The position numbers and the translations under genes are program-made. A DNA stretch of 32,000 nt from Alloprevotella sp. GTDB lineage: Bacteria > Bacteroidota > Bacteroidia > Bacteroidales > Bacteroidaceae. The DNA lies in contig JAZOUA010000015.1 in assembly GCA_045657925.1 (NCBI GenBank), forward strand, positions 646-32,645. The letters are read 5' to 3'. Shown here in pieces: positions 20,487 to 28,677 of this stretch. Each line of letters opens with the position of its first letter. Position 1 is the first letter of the stretch. The notes beneath the pieces were generated by a model, which saw nothing but the letters and a program-made list of their open reading frames with translations, had not been told where the DNA came from and ran no database searches.

Positions 20487-21094
20487 TGATGGAGATTCAG
20501 GACTTGCCACTTCAAGAACAATTGCGTGCAGTAAAGCGTGAATTCCGCTTAATGATGAACGGAATCACAAGCCAATCCATGCGTGAGAAGGGATTGACCT
20601 ATCGCACCAATTTTGGAGTAGAACTTCCCCGACTCAAAGCCTTTTCAGAAGAGTTACCGCATACAAAGGATTTAGCCGCTACGCTTTGGAAGGAACAAGT
20701 ACGCGAATGCCGACTTCTCGCTCCTATGCTGATGCCTGCTTTGAGTTTTGAAGAAGACATGGCTGACCTTTGGGTAGAGCAAATGAATTTTCCCGAAGAG
20801 GCTGAATGTGTTGTTATGCACCTTTTCCAACACCTTCCTTATGCTTCATCTAAAGCCTTTGAATGGATTGCACGCGAGGAAGTTATGCCTCAACTTTGCG
20901 GATGGCAACTTTTTGGGCGCTTATTCAGCAAAGGAGCTATGCTATCCCCACGCGACACAGAAGAATGGCGCGACCAAATCAAAGCTGCACTTGCAAGCGA
21001 GCACTTTAGTGTGAAGCAAGCTGCCTATCGTGCACTTATGAAATATATGGACCTTGGTGAAGATGAAGAACGTTTTGGAGAAACGCTTATTTAA
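20486..21094 (+). CDS. DNA alkylation repair (AlkD-like HEAT repeat) family protein
   Basis: 202 aa with no signal peptide. The region MNGITSQSMREKGLTYRTNFGVELPRLK...LWKEQVRECRLLAPMLMP resembles Bacteroidales proteins annotated as DNA alkylation repair enzymes. This assignment is from memory of the family, not from a search. Confidence 0.5.
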   Translation: MMEIQDLPLQEQLRAVKREFRLMMNGITSQSMREKGLTYRTNFGVELPRLKAFSEELPHTKDLAATLWKEQVRECRLLAPMLMPALSFEEDMADLWVEQMNFPEEAECVVMHLFQHLPYASSKAFEWIAREEVMPQLCGWQLFGRLFSKGAMLSPRDTEEWRDQIKAALASEHFSVKQAAYRALMKYMDLGEDEERFGETLI

Positions 21095-21130
21095 GTACCC
21101 CCTAAAAGAGGGCTGAAGGTCTTGTAAAAT

Positions 21131-21214
21131 ACATCTCAATTAGTTTGAATTAAATCTCAAATAATTTAAACTAACTCTCAAAGAGTTTTAACTAACTCAC
21201 TAAGAGTTCACACG
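21131..21214. repeat. four 21-bp phased degenerate repeats with dyad symmetry upstream of the AraC-type gene
   Basis: 15-mers start at 21131, 21152, 21173 and 21194: acatctcaattagtt, aaatctcaaataatt, AACTCtcaaaGAGTT, AACTCactaaGAGTT. The last two are perfect 5-N5-5 palindromes. Confidence 0.8.
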
Positions 21215-21268
21215 AACTGAATTTTCTCCATTCTCCACCCTCCCATCCACACAAAAAACGCTATTGAC

Positions 21269-21655
21269 ATGTCTCACCCTGCTTATTGCGAACGCATAGA
21301 TTCAAAGCGTAGCAAGAAACTTTTTGCTGAAATCAATAAGGCGCTAAAGAAAAAGAAGCTTTACCGCGATCCCAACTTTACTGCGCAACAATTATCAGAA
21401 TTGCTAAGCATCAACACGCGCTATATTGCAGCTGTTGTACAACTTAACACAAGCGATAATTTCAGCAATTTGCTCAACTCTTTCCGCCTTGCGGATGCTG
21501 AACGAATGTTGCGCACAAACTCTGAATACTCTGCAGAAGAAATAGGCCTCATGTCGGGTTTTGGAAGTCGTCAATCTTTCTATCGCGTTTTTCTAAAAAA
21601 GCACGGAGTTACCCCTCGACAATTCCGCATTCAGAACAAAGAGGTTAACCAATAA
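21269..21655 (+). CDS. AraC-family helix-turn-helix domain protein (HTH-only, no sensor domain)
   Basis: 128 aa. LYRDPNFTAQQLSELLSINTRYIAAVV ... AEEIGLMSGFGSRQSFYRVFLKKHGVTPRQFR matches the two-HTH AraC/XylS C-terminal domain. Confidence 0.8.
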   Translation: MSHPAYCERIDSKRSKKLFAEINKALKKKKLYRDPNFTAQQLSELLSINTRYIAAVVQLNTSDNFSNLLNSFRLADAERMLRTNSEYSAEEIGLMSGFGSRQSFYRVFLKKHGVTPRQFRIQNKEVNQ

Positions 21656-21765
21656 GAAGTTTCGTTGACAGAAGGACAACGCGCTAACTCTTCTACAAAG
21701 ACTCCGATTCCTTTTCCTGCAACTCACTCATCATTAATTGTTTATCACACTCACTACCATCTTAT

Positions 21766-23076
21766 ATGCTCACACCTGAAATTCGCCGCCAAATAACAGC
21801 CCTTATTCGTCACTGGGTTGTGCCTGCTATGGGGTGCACAGAGCCCATTTGTGTTGCATTAGCAACGTCAAAAGCAACTGAAGTTCTTGGCACTACACCT
21901 ACAAAGATTGAGGCATTTCTCAGTGCAAACATTCTTAAGAATGCGATGGGCGTAGGTATTCCTGGTACGGGAATGGTAGGCCTTCCCATCGCCATTGCTC
22001 TAGGGGCGCTTATCGGTAAGTCGAACTACGGTCTTGAGGTCATTAAGGATTGTGATGCAGAAGCTGTTGAAAAAGGAAAACAATACATTCAAGAAGGGCG
22101 AATCGCCATCTGTTTGAATGAAGAAACAAAGGAAAAGCTCTACGTAGAAATTCGTTGCGAGGATGCAGAAGGGAACACCTCACACGCAATCATAACAGGT
22201 CAACATACACACTTTGTACTCATTGAGAAAAACGGCTCACCACTCTCCTCTCCTACCATGACATGCGACGGAACGAGTGAAGCCTCTTCACCTATTACAA
22301 ATGCGCCATCATTAACTTTGCGCACGGTTTTTGAATATGCAACGACCGCTCCACTTGAAGAAATTGACTTCATCAATGAAGCAGCATCCCTCAATATGGC
22401 GGCTGCTCAGCGTTCATTAGAAGGCAATTACGGGCACTGCTTGGGTAAGACATTAACACGCCCTCTCGGAAAGGGTATCATGGGCGAATCAATTTTCTCA
22501 CACATCCTTTCGAGCACCTCATGTGCTTGCGATGCACGAATGGCAGGAGCCATGATCCCCGTGATGAGTAATTCAGGGAGTGGCAACCAAGGCATTTGCG
22601 CAACCAACCCTGTAGTTGTATTTGCACAAGAAAATCACAACACACAGGAGGAACTCACTCGTGCGCTCATCCTTAGCCACCTTACAGCCATCTATATCAA
22701 GCAACACCTCGGCGCCCTCTCAGCGCTTTGTGGATGCGTAGTAGCTTCAACGGGCTCTAGTTGTGGCATCACCTTCCTTATGGGTGGTACCTACGAGCAA
22801 GTCTGTGCTGCCGTGAAGAATATGATTGCCAACCTCACGGGCATGATTTGCGATGGTGCCAAGCCCTCCTGCGCCCTTAAGCTCACTTCAGGCGTCAGCA
22901 CCGCCGTCCTCTCCGCCATGCTCGCCATGCAGGGCAATTGTGTGAGTAGCATGGAAGGCATCATTGATGATGACGTAGACCAATGTGTACGCAACCTCGT
23001 CAGCATCGGCGCACACTCCATGAACGAAACCGACAAGCAAGTGCTTGACATTATGGTGGGCAAGAACAAGAAGTAA
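21766..23076 (+). CDS. UPF0597 / L-cysteine desulfidase family protein (CyuA/YhaM-like)
   Basis: 436 aa. The N-terminal PAMGCTEPICVALA and the Cys-rich C-terminal half (CGCVVASTGSSCG, MICDGAKPSCALK) are as in serine dehydratase-alpha-like YhaM proteins. Confidence 0.8.
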   Translation: MLTPEIRRQITALIRHWVVPAMGCTEPICVALATSKATEVLGTTPTKIEAFLSANILKNAMGVGIPGTGMVGLPIAIALGALIGKSNYGLEVIKDCDAEAVEKGKQYIQEGRIAICLNEETKEKLYVEIRCEDAEGNTSHAIITGQHTHFVLIEKNGSPLSSPTMTCDGTSEASSPITNAPSLTLRTVFEYATTAPLEEIDFINEAASLNMAAAQRSLEGNYGHCLGKTLTRPLGKGIMGESIFSHILSSTSCACDARMAGAMIPVMSNSGSGNQGICATNPVVVFAQENHNTQEELTRALILSHLTAIYIKQHLGALSALCGCVVASTGSSCGITFLMGGTYEQVCAAVKNMIANLTGMICDGAKPSCALKLTSGVSTAVLSAMLAMQGNCVSSMEGIIDDDVDQCVRNLVSIGAHSMNETDKQVLDIMVGKNKK

Positions 23077-23123
23077 TCCCAAAAGAGGGGGGGCACTCCC
23101 TTCTGACATATCAAAAACATCTA

Positions 23124-23172
23124 GAATCCGCAATGTAGTTTCTCATAACTTGCATTGCGGATTTCACTTTCT
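23124..23172 (+). terminator. intrinsic terminator after the CyuA-like gene
   Basis: AATCCGCAATG (23125..23135) pairs perfectly with CATTGCGGATT (23153..23163). A T/C-rich tail follows. Confidence 0.65.
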
Positions 23173-23225
23173 TCTACACCATGGAGGAATCACGCATTAA
23201 ATTATGTCATGTCAAAAAAAAGGAG

Positions 23226-23233
23226 TACCTTTG
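23226..23233 (+). promoter_or_regulatory. Bacteroidetes -7 box (TACCTTTG) for rsfS-ftsH-cdsA
   Basis: Exact TAnnTTTG followed by CA, 12 nt upstream of ATG 23246. Confidence 0.5.
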
Positions 23234-23245
23234 CAACTGCTTATT

Positions 23246-23635
23246 ATGAACCTTTTACAACAAGCTAAAATAGACATGACGAAATTTCCCAAACTTGTAA
23301 ACGCTATTATCGAAGGTATACAGGAAAAGAAAGGTCACGACATCGTTGTTTGTGACCTCACAAAGTTTGACACCGCCCCTGCGCAATATTTCGTTGTTTG
23401 CACGGGCAATACGCCCCAGCAGGTGGATGCCATTGCGGACTCCGTAGAGGAATTTGCACGCAAGCAAGCAGGCGAGAAGCCATCTGCTGTAGCAGGCTTA
23501 AACAACGCTCTTTGGGTAGCCGCTGATTATGGCACAGTAATGGTACACATCCTTGTGCCCGATGCTCGTGAATTTTACGACATCGAAAATATTTGGGCTG
23601 ATGCAAACATCACAGAGATTCCTGACCTTGACTAA
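23246..23635 (+). CDS. rsfS: ribosome silencing factor RsfS
   Basis: HDIVVCDL...YFVVCTGNTPQQVDAIADSV...WVAADYGTVMVHILVPDAREFYDIENIW is typical of RsfS/iojap. The start is set at ATG 23246 because the -7 box at 23226..23233 lies inside the longer ORF. ATG 23276 is an alternative. Confidence 0.85.
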   Translation: MNLLQQAKIDMTKFPKLVNAIIEGIQEKKGHDIVVCDLTKFDTAPAQYFVVCTGNTPQQVDAIADSVEEFARKQAGEKPSAVAGLNNALWVAADYGTVMVHILVPDAREFYDIENIWADANITEIPDLD

Positions 23636-23650
23636 GAAGCAGACTTCACT

Positions 23651-25708
23651 ATGAATAATTCCAATCCTCAACAACCCCAACAAGGTGGCGAAAAGCCTAA
23701 GATGCCACGCTTCAACCTCAGTTGGATTTATATCCTTGCCATCGGTGCACTCATCTTCATGATTTTTAGAGGTGGGGATGAAACAGGAGGCATTGATAAA
23801 GAAATTAGCTACTCTGAATTCAAGAGCTACGTTCAGAAGGGTTACACCAATGACATCGTAGTTAATAAGACTGATGGTCGCGTAAGCCTCGTAGTGCTTG
23901 GTAAGCATATTCAAGAAGTATTCAAGCAAAACGTAGACCAAACGGGTAAGCAACCCACCCTTTCGGCGCGCTATCCTAGCCCCGACAAGGTGGATGCCTT
24001 CTTGGAAAGCGTAGATTATAAGGGAAAGGTTACGTTCGAAGAAGATAGCGGCATCTTCATGAGCATCCTCGGAAGCGTTCTCCCTATCATCCTCTTCATC
24101 GGTCTGTGGTACTTCATCATGAAGCGCATGAGTGGCGGAGCGGGTGGCAATGGCGGCATCTTCAATGTGGGCAAGAGTCGCGCACGCCTCTTCGACAAGG
24201 GTTCTGCCGAGAAGCACGTCACCTTTGCTGACGTAGCCGGACAGGAAGGTCCCAAGCAGGAGGTGAAGGAAATCGTAGACTTCCTGAAGAACCCCCAAAA
24301 GTATACGGAGCTCGGCGGTAAGATTCCCAAGGGTGCCTTGCTCGTAGGCCCTCCTGGAACGGGTAAAACATTGCTCGCCAAGGCCGTAGCGGGCGAAGCC
24401 GATGTGCCCTTCTTCTCACTCGCAGGTAGCGACTTCGTTGAGATGTTCGTAGGTGTGGGTGCGAGTCGTGTACGCGACCTCTTTGCTAAGGCGAAGGAGA
24501 AAGCTCCCTGCATCATCTTCATCGACGAAATTGACGCCATCGGCCGTGCACGCGGTAAGAATCCTTCGTTCAATCAAAACGACGAGCGCGAAAGCACGCT
24601 CAACCAGTTGCTCACGGAAATGGACGGCTTTGGTAATAACTCGGGTGTCATCATCCTTGCGGCAACAAACCGCGTAGAAATCCTTGACGAAGCTCTTCTT
24701 CGTGCGGGTCGTTTCGACCGTCAGATTCATGTTGAGCTCCCTGACCTTCAAGAGCGCATCGCCATCTTTGGCGTACACCTCAAGCCTTTGAAGAAGGAAG
24801 AAAATCTTGATATTGACTTCTTAGCGCGTCAAACTCCAGGTTTCTCAGGTGCAGATATTGCAAATGTATGTAACGAGGCAGCCCTCATTGCTGCCCGCCA
24901 TAATAAGTCAGTCGTTTCTAAGCAAGACTTCCTTGATGCCGTAGACCGCATTATCGGTGGTTTGGAAAAGAAGACCAAGGTGATGACTAAGGCAGAGAAG
25001 CGCACCATTGCCATTCACGAAGCGGGCCACGCTAGTGTATCATGGCTTTTGGAACATGCAAATCCGCTCGTTAAGGTAACGATTGTTCCCCGCGGACAAG
25101 CCCTTGGTGCTGCATGGTATCTCCCCGAAGAGCGCACCATTACGACGAAGAATCAGATGCTTGATGAAATCTGTGCCACACTCGGCGGACGCGCTGCCGA
25201 AGAGCTCTTTACGGGCAACATTTCCTCGGGCGCTCTCAACGACTTAGAGACTGTAACGAAGCGTGCTTACGGCATGGTGGCCTACTTGGGCATGAGCGAG
25301 TCGCTCTCCAACCTCTGTTACTACAACAATCAGGAATATGGCTTCACTAAGCCCTACTCTGACAGCACTGCAGAGAAGATTGATTCAGAAGTAAGCAAAC
25401 TCATCCAGGTGCAGTACGAACGTGCAAAGAGCTTACTCCGTGAAAATGCAGAGAAGCATGCACAACTCGCCAACTTGCTCTGCGACAAGGAAGTGATCTT
25501 CACCGAGGACGTGGAAAACATCTTTGGCAAGCGCCCCTGGAAGAGTCGCGCCGACGAGATTCTTGAAGAAGAACAGAAGGCAGAAGACCTGCTCCCCCTC
25601 ACCGACCGCACCGATGAACTCGAAGCGGCTATGAAGCTGATTGAAGAAGAGCGCAGACAAGCTGCTGAACAAGAAAAAGAAGAGCAAAGCACAGAGATTG
25701 CTCAATAA
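23651..25708 (+). CDS. ftsH: ATP-dependent zinc metalloprotease FtsH
   Basis: Walker A GPPGTGKT, second region of homology, HEAGH zinc site, and N-terminal transmembrane helices. The rsfS-ftsH-cdsA order is conserved. Confidence 0.95.
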   Translation: MNNSNPQQPQQGGEKPKMPRFNLSWIYILAIGALIFMIFRGGDETGGIDKEISYSEFKSYVQKGYTNDIVVNKTDGRVSLVVLGKHIQEVFKQNVDQTGKQPTLSARYPSPDKVDAFLESVDYKGKVTFEEDSGIFMSILGSVLPIILFIGLWYFIMKRMSGGAGGNGGIFNVGKSRARLFDKGSAEKHVTFADVAGQEGPKQEVKEIVDFLKNPQKYTELGGKIPKGALLVGPPGTGKTLLAKAVAGEADVPFFSLAGSDFVEMFVGVGASRVRDLFAKAKEKAPCIIFIDEIDAIGRARGKNPSFNQNDERESTLNQLLTEMDGFGNNSGVIILAATNRVEILDEALLRAGRFDRQIHVELPDLQERIAIFGVHLKPLKKEENLDIDFLARQTPGFSGADIANVCNEAALIAARHNKSVVSKQDFLDAVDRIIGGLEKKTKVMTKAEKRTIAIHEAGHASVSWLLEHANPLVKVTIVPRGQALGAAWYLPEERTITTKNQMLDEICATLGGRAAEELFTGNISSGALNDLETVTKRAYGMVAYLGMSESLSNLCYYNNQEYGFTKPYSDSTAEKIDSEVSKLIQVQYERAKSLLRENAEKHAQLANLLCDKEVIFTEDVENIFGKRPWKSRADEILEEEQKAEDLLPLTDRTDELEAAMKLIEEERRQAAEQEKEEQSTEIAQ

Positions 25709-25772
25709 GATAATTTATAAAGTTACTAAAATCAGTAGCAAATCTAACGTAGCTACATCCACCTCATTTCGA

Positions 25773-26615
25773 ATGAAGAATTTTATCATCCGCGCTATCA
25801 CTGGCCTTACCTTTGCGGCGGTGCTCATCGGGAGCATTGTTTACCACCCCATGACGCTCATTTTGCTCTTCAGCATCGTGGCGGCCCTAACGATTTGGGA
25901 ATTTAGTACGATTGTCAACAATCATGCGGGAGCAAGTATTAACCGTTTGATTAATGCAGCGGCTGGTTTCTACCTTGTATTCGCTACAGGGTGGTATCAA
26001 TTAGACTTAATCTCTGCACATGATTTCACTCCTTACCTGCTCACTCTCATTTATCTGCTTGTTAGTGAGCTCTACCGTCAGGAGGAAAATCCCTTGAAGA
26101 ACTGGGCTTACGCCTTTGCTTCACAAGTGTACATTGCACTCCCCTTTGCCCTTCTGTCTGTTTTAGGTTTGCAATACAATAGCTTTGACAACAGAGTAGA
26201 TTACAATTTTATTTTTCCCCTTTCCGTCTTCATCTTCCTTTGGATGAGCGATACGGGAGCCTATCTTGTGGGCAGTCTGTTGAGTCGTTACTTCCCCGCC
26301 AAGCTCTTCCCCCGCATCTCCCCCAAGAAGTCGTGGGTGGGTAGCATCGGAGGCGGATTGCTCTGCCTTGCGGCGGCATGGGGCATCTATACCTTCGCCC
26401 CTGGCTATATGGAACTTTGGCAATGGATGGGCTTAGGCCTCACCGTATGCGTCTTCGGCACGTGGGGCGACCTCGTTGAGAGCCTCTTGAAGCGCCAAGT
26501 GGGCATTAAGGACAGCGGAAACATTCTTCCTGGTCATGGTGGACTTCTCGACCGCTTCGACTCTGCGCTCCTTGCCATTCCCGCGGCGCTTATCTACCTC
26601 CACTACGTGTGCTAA
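25773..26615 (+). CDS. cdsA: phosphatidate cytidylyltransferase
   Basis: CDS signature SLLKRQVGIKDSGNILPGHGGLLDRFDS in a polytopic membrane protein. The start is set at ATG 25773 (MKNFIIRAITG). The ORF-track extension overlaps the ftsH 3' end and is lysine-rich junk. Confidence 0.9.
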   Translation: MKNFIIRAITGLTFAAVLIGSIVYHPMTLILLFSIVAALTIWEFSTIVNNHAGASINRLINAAAGFYLVFATGWYQLDLISAHDFTPYLLTLIYLLVSELYRQEENPLKNWAYAFASQVYIALPFALLSVLGLQYNSFDNRVDYNFIFPLSVFIFLWMSDTGAYLVGSLLSRYFPAKLFPRISPKKSWVGSIGGGLLCLAAAWGIYTFAPGYMELWQWMGLGLTVCVFGTWGDLVESLLKRQVGIKDSGNILPGHGGLLDRFDSALLAIPAALIYLHYVC

Positions 26616-26877
26616 TCGCAAGGATGAGGGCACGAGCGAAGGCTGAGCTTTTTTAGTGCTGAAAGCGGAAAAATATACCTACTGAAAGCGGATTGTCCCG
26701 ATTGTACGTCTCGTGGGCAGTCTGCTTTTTTTGTGTGCTCTCTTTTCGGAAGGGCATCAGCACGGGGGCTTGCCTTGCTCCCCTCCTCACCTTGCCACGC
26801 TTGCTTCACCTCACCTCTTTATGCCGTGGCAAAAGCAAAAGGGAGGGGCAAATGGGGTTCATTCTGAAAATTATGAA

Positions 26878-26885
26878 TATCTTTG
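26878..26885 (+). promoter_or_regulatory. Bacteroidetes -7 box (TATCTTTG) for the WG-repeat gene pair
   Basis: Exact TAnnTTTG followed by CA, 93 nt upstream of ATG 26979. The 22-bp tandem repeat lies between the box and the start codon. Confidence 0.5.
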
Positions 26886-26902
26886 CAAGCATAGAGAATT
26901 TA

Positions 26903-26944
26903 ATTTCATCTTTAGAGGATTAGAAATTCATCTTTAGAGGATTA
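26903..26944. repeat. 22-bp tandem direct repeat in the WG-operon leader
   Basis: The 18-nt core ttcatctttagaggatta occurs at 26905..26922 and again at 26927..26944. A degenerate third copy (tcatttttaag) starts near 26951. Confidence 0.9.
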
Positions 26945-26978
26945 AAAAAATCATTTTTAAGTAAATATACTCAACGAT

Positions 26979-28568
26979 ATGAAAAACTTTAAACTCATTT
27001 TGCTCGGTGCGTTGATGCCCTTGGTGTGCGCCTTTGGAGCGCCAGGTGAAGATGGTAAGCCACAGGCTAAAAAGGGCTCAAAAGTGATTATCGCGGTGAA
27101 CACTCCTGACAACGGGGGATACTATGTAGATCAAGATGGCAATTCTGTATTTGAACAGAAGTTTGATACCGTCTCCGCCTTCTATGAAGGCCTTGCTGGG
27201 GTGGCTCAGAACGGCAAGTGGGGCTTTATCAACACGAAGGGCAAGGTGGTTATCCCCTTCAAATTTGATCTAGTGGGGAGCTTTAAAGGGGGGGTAGCCG
27301 TTGTATCCCTGAATGGCAAAATTGGCTATATCAACACGAAGGGCAAGCTGATTTCCCCTCTCTATGACGATATAGTTTTTTACAAGGAAGGATGGGGCAT
27401 AACCGTTCAAAATGGATTACATGGCGTTGTCAATAAGGGCAAGGAGGTGATCCCCTGCAAGTATGACGAGATATACTATGATTATGAAGGCTTTTTCATC
27501 GTATGCCAAGACGACAAGCAGGGACTTTGCAACCCCCAAGGCGAGCAGGTTGCGCCTTGCATTTATGACGATGTGCATGGGGTCTCGGATGGCTTTGCGA
27601 TAGTTACGCGCGGCGGGAAAAATCCCAAATATGGCTTTATCAACACCAAGGGAGAGGAGGTCATTCCTTGCATTTATGAGGGGGCGTATGATTGCTATAA
27701 AGGTCTTTTCCCTGTACAGCTAAGTGAAGAAGAGGACGGATGGGGCTTTCTCAACGCCAAGGGTGAGGTGGTCACTCCTGGCATTTATCACTTTATGGAG
27801 GAAGACTATGATCCCCTTTTCACCGATGGCTATGCCAGTGTTCAGAAGAAGGGCAAATGGGGCTTTGTGAACTCCCAGGGGAAGGAGGTCGTTCCTTGCA
27901 TTTATGAAGCGACGAATACTTTCTGTGAGGGCGTTACCGGTGCCGCGCTAAACGGCAAATGGGGCGTTATCAACACCAAGGGAGAGGTGGTCGCTCCTTT
28001 CATTTATGATTGGGTGTCAGATTTCTCTGAAGGCTTAGCCGTAGTACGGCAAGGTGATGAAGATTGCGCTAAATATGGCTTTGTGAACACGAAGGGCGAT
28101 GTGGTGTTGCCTATAAAGTATGATGGTCTTGGGGAGTTCATTGAGGGGGTTGCCATTGCCTATCAAAACGAAAAATATGGCTTTGTGAACATGAAGGGCG
28201 ATGTGGTGGCGCCAATGGTGTTTGATAATATCCAGCCCTTCCATCAAGGCCTTGCTAATGTCTGTATAGGTGAAAAATGGGGCGTTATCAATAAGAAGGG
28301 CGAAATGGTCATTCCTTTGAAATTTAAGGCTATGGGTATTTTCACGGACGGCCTTGCCCCCGCAATTTATGATGAGAAGCGAGGATTTATCAACACCAAG
28401 GGTGAGACGGTCGTTCCTTTTATGTTTGAAAAAAGTTTTGATGTTTATGGTGGATTAGGCCGTGGATTCATGAACGGCAAATGGTGCCTCTTCAACACCA
28501 AAGGAAAGATCGTTGTGGAGGATTGTGATGTAGATAAAACCGCTTGGTCAACAGTGGAAATGGAATAA
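26979..28568 (+). CDS. secreted WG-repeat (KWG / WG_beta_rep type) protein, paralog 1
   Basis: 529 aa. Signal peptide MKNFKLILLGALMPLVCAFGA, then about 14 units of ~30-38 aa with the pattern F.EGLA.V..NGKWGFIN.KGE.V.P..YD. Confidence 0.8.
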   Translation: MKNFKLILLGALMPLVCAFGAPGEDGKPQAKKGSKVIIAVNTPDNGGYYVDQDGNSVFEQKFDTVSAFYEGLAGVAQNGKWGFINTKGKVVIPFKFDLVGSFKGGVAVVSLNGKIGYINTKGKLISPLYDDIVFYKEGWGITVQNGLHGVVNKGKEVIPCKYDEIYYDYEGFFIVCQDDKQGLCNPQGEQVAPCIYDDVHGVSDGFAIVTRGGKNPKYGFINTKGEEVIPCIYEGAYDCYKGLFPVQLSEEEDGWGFLNAKGEVVTPGIYHFMEEDYDPLFTDGYASVQKKGKWGFVNSQGKEVVPCIYEATNTFCEGVTGAALNGKWGVINTKGEVVAPFIYDWVSDFSEGLAVVRQGDEDCAKYGFVNTKGDVVLPIKYDGLGEFIEGVAIAYQNEKYGFVNMKGDVVAPMVFDNIQPFHQGLANVCIGEKWGVINKKGEMVIPLKFKAMGIFTDGLAPAIYDEKRGFINTKGETVVPFMFEKSFDVYGGLGRGFMNGKWCLFNTKGKIVVEDCDVDKTAWSTVEME

Positions 28569-28677
28569 GCGCACGCCTTGCGTTTCCGATGGACTCGTAG
28601 GGGAGTTGCCTACGTCCCAACCGACCTATGAGCGTCTCGTTATCCACTCCGAAAACATACGAACTAATTAACTGATT

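Noticed and set aside
23498-24298. 266-aa minus-strand ORF, plus others at 24016..24573, 24416..24778 and 25354..25692, antisense to rsfS and ftsH
   Set aside because: They lie entirely antisense to a very confidently identified FtsH gene whose codons are GC-rich. The translated products are low-complexity (R/S/A/L-rich) with no motifs. This is the typical shadow-ORF artefact.
26612-26937. Three 65-76-aa ORFs (26612..26809 minus, 26693..26923 plus, 26713..26937 plus) in the cdsA-WG spacer
   Set aside because: They overlap each other in different frames and run across the hairpin. The two plus-strand ORFs also run across the promoter box. They have odd composition and no start context, so the region is treated as non-coding.
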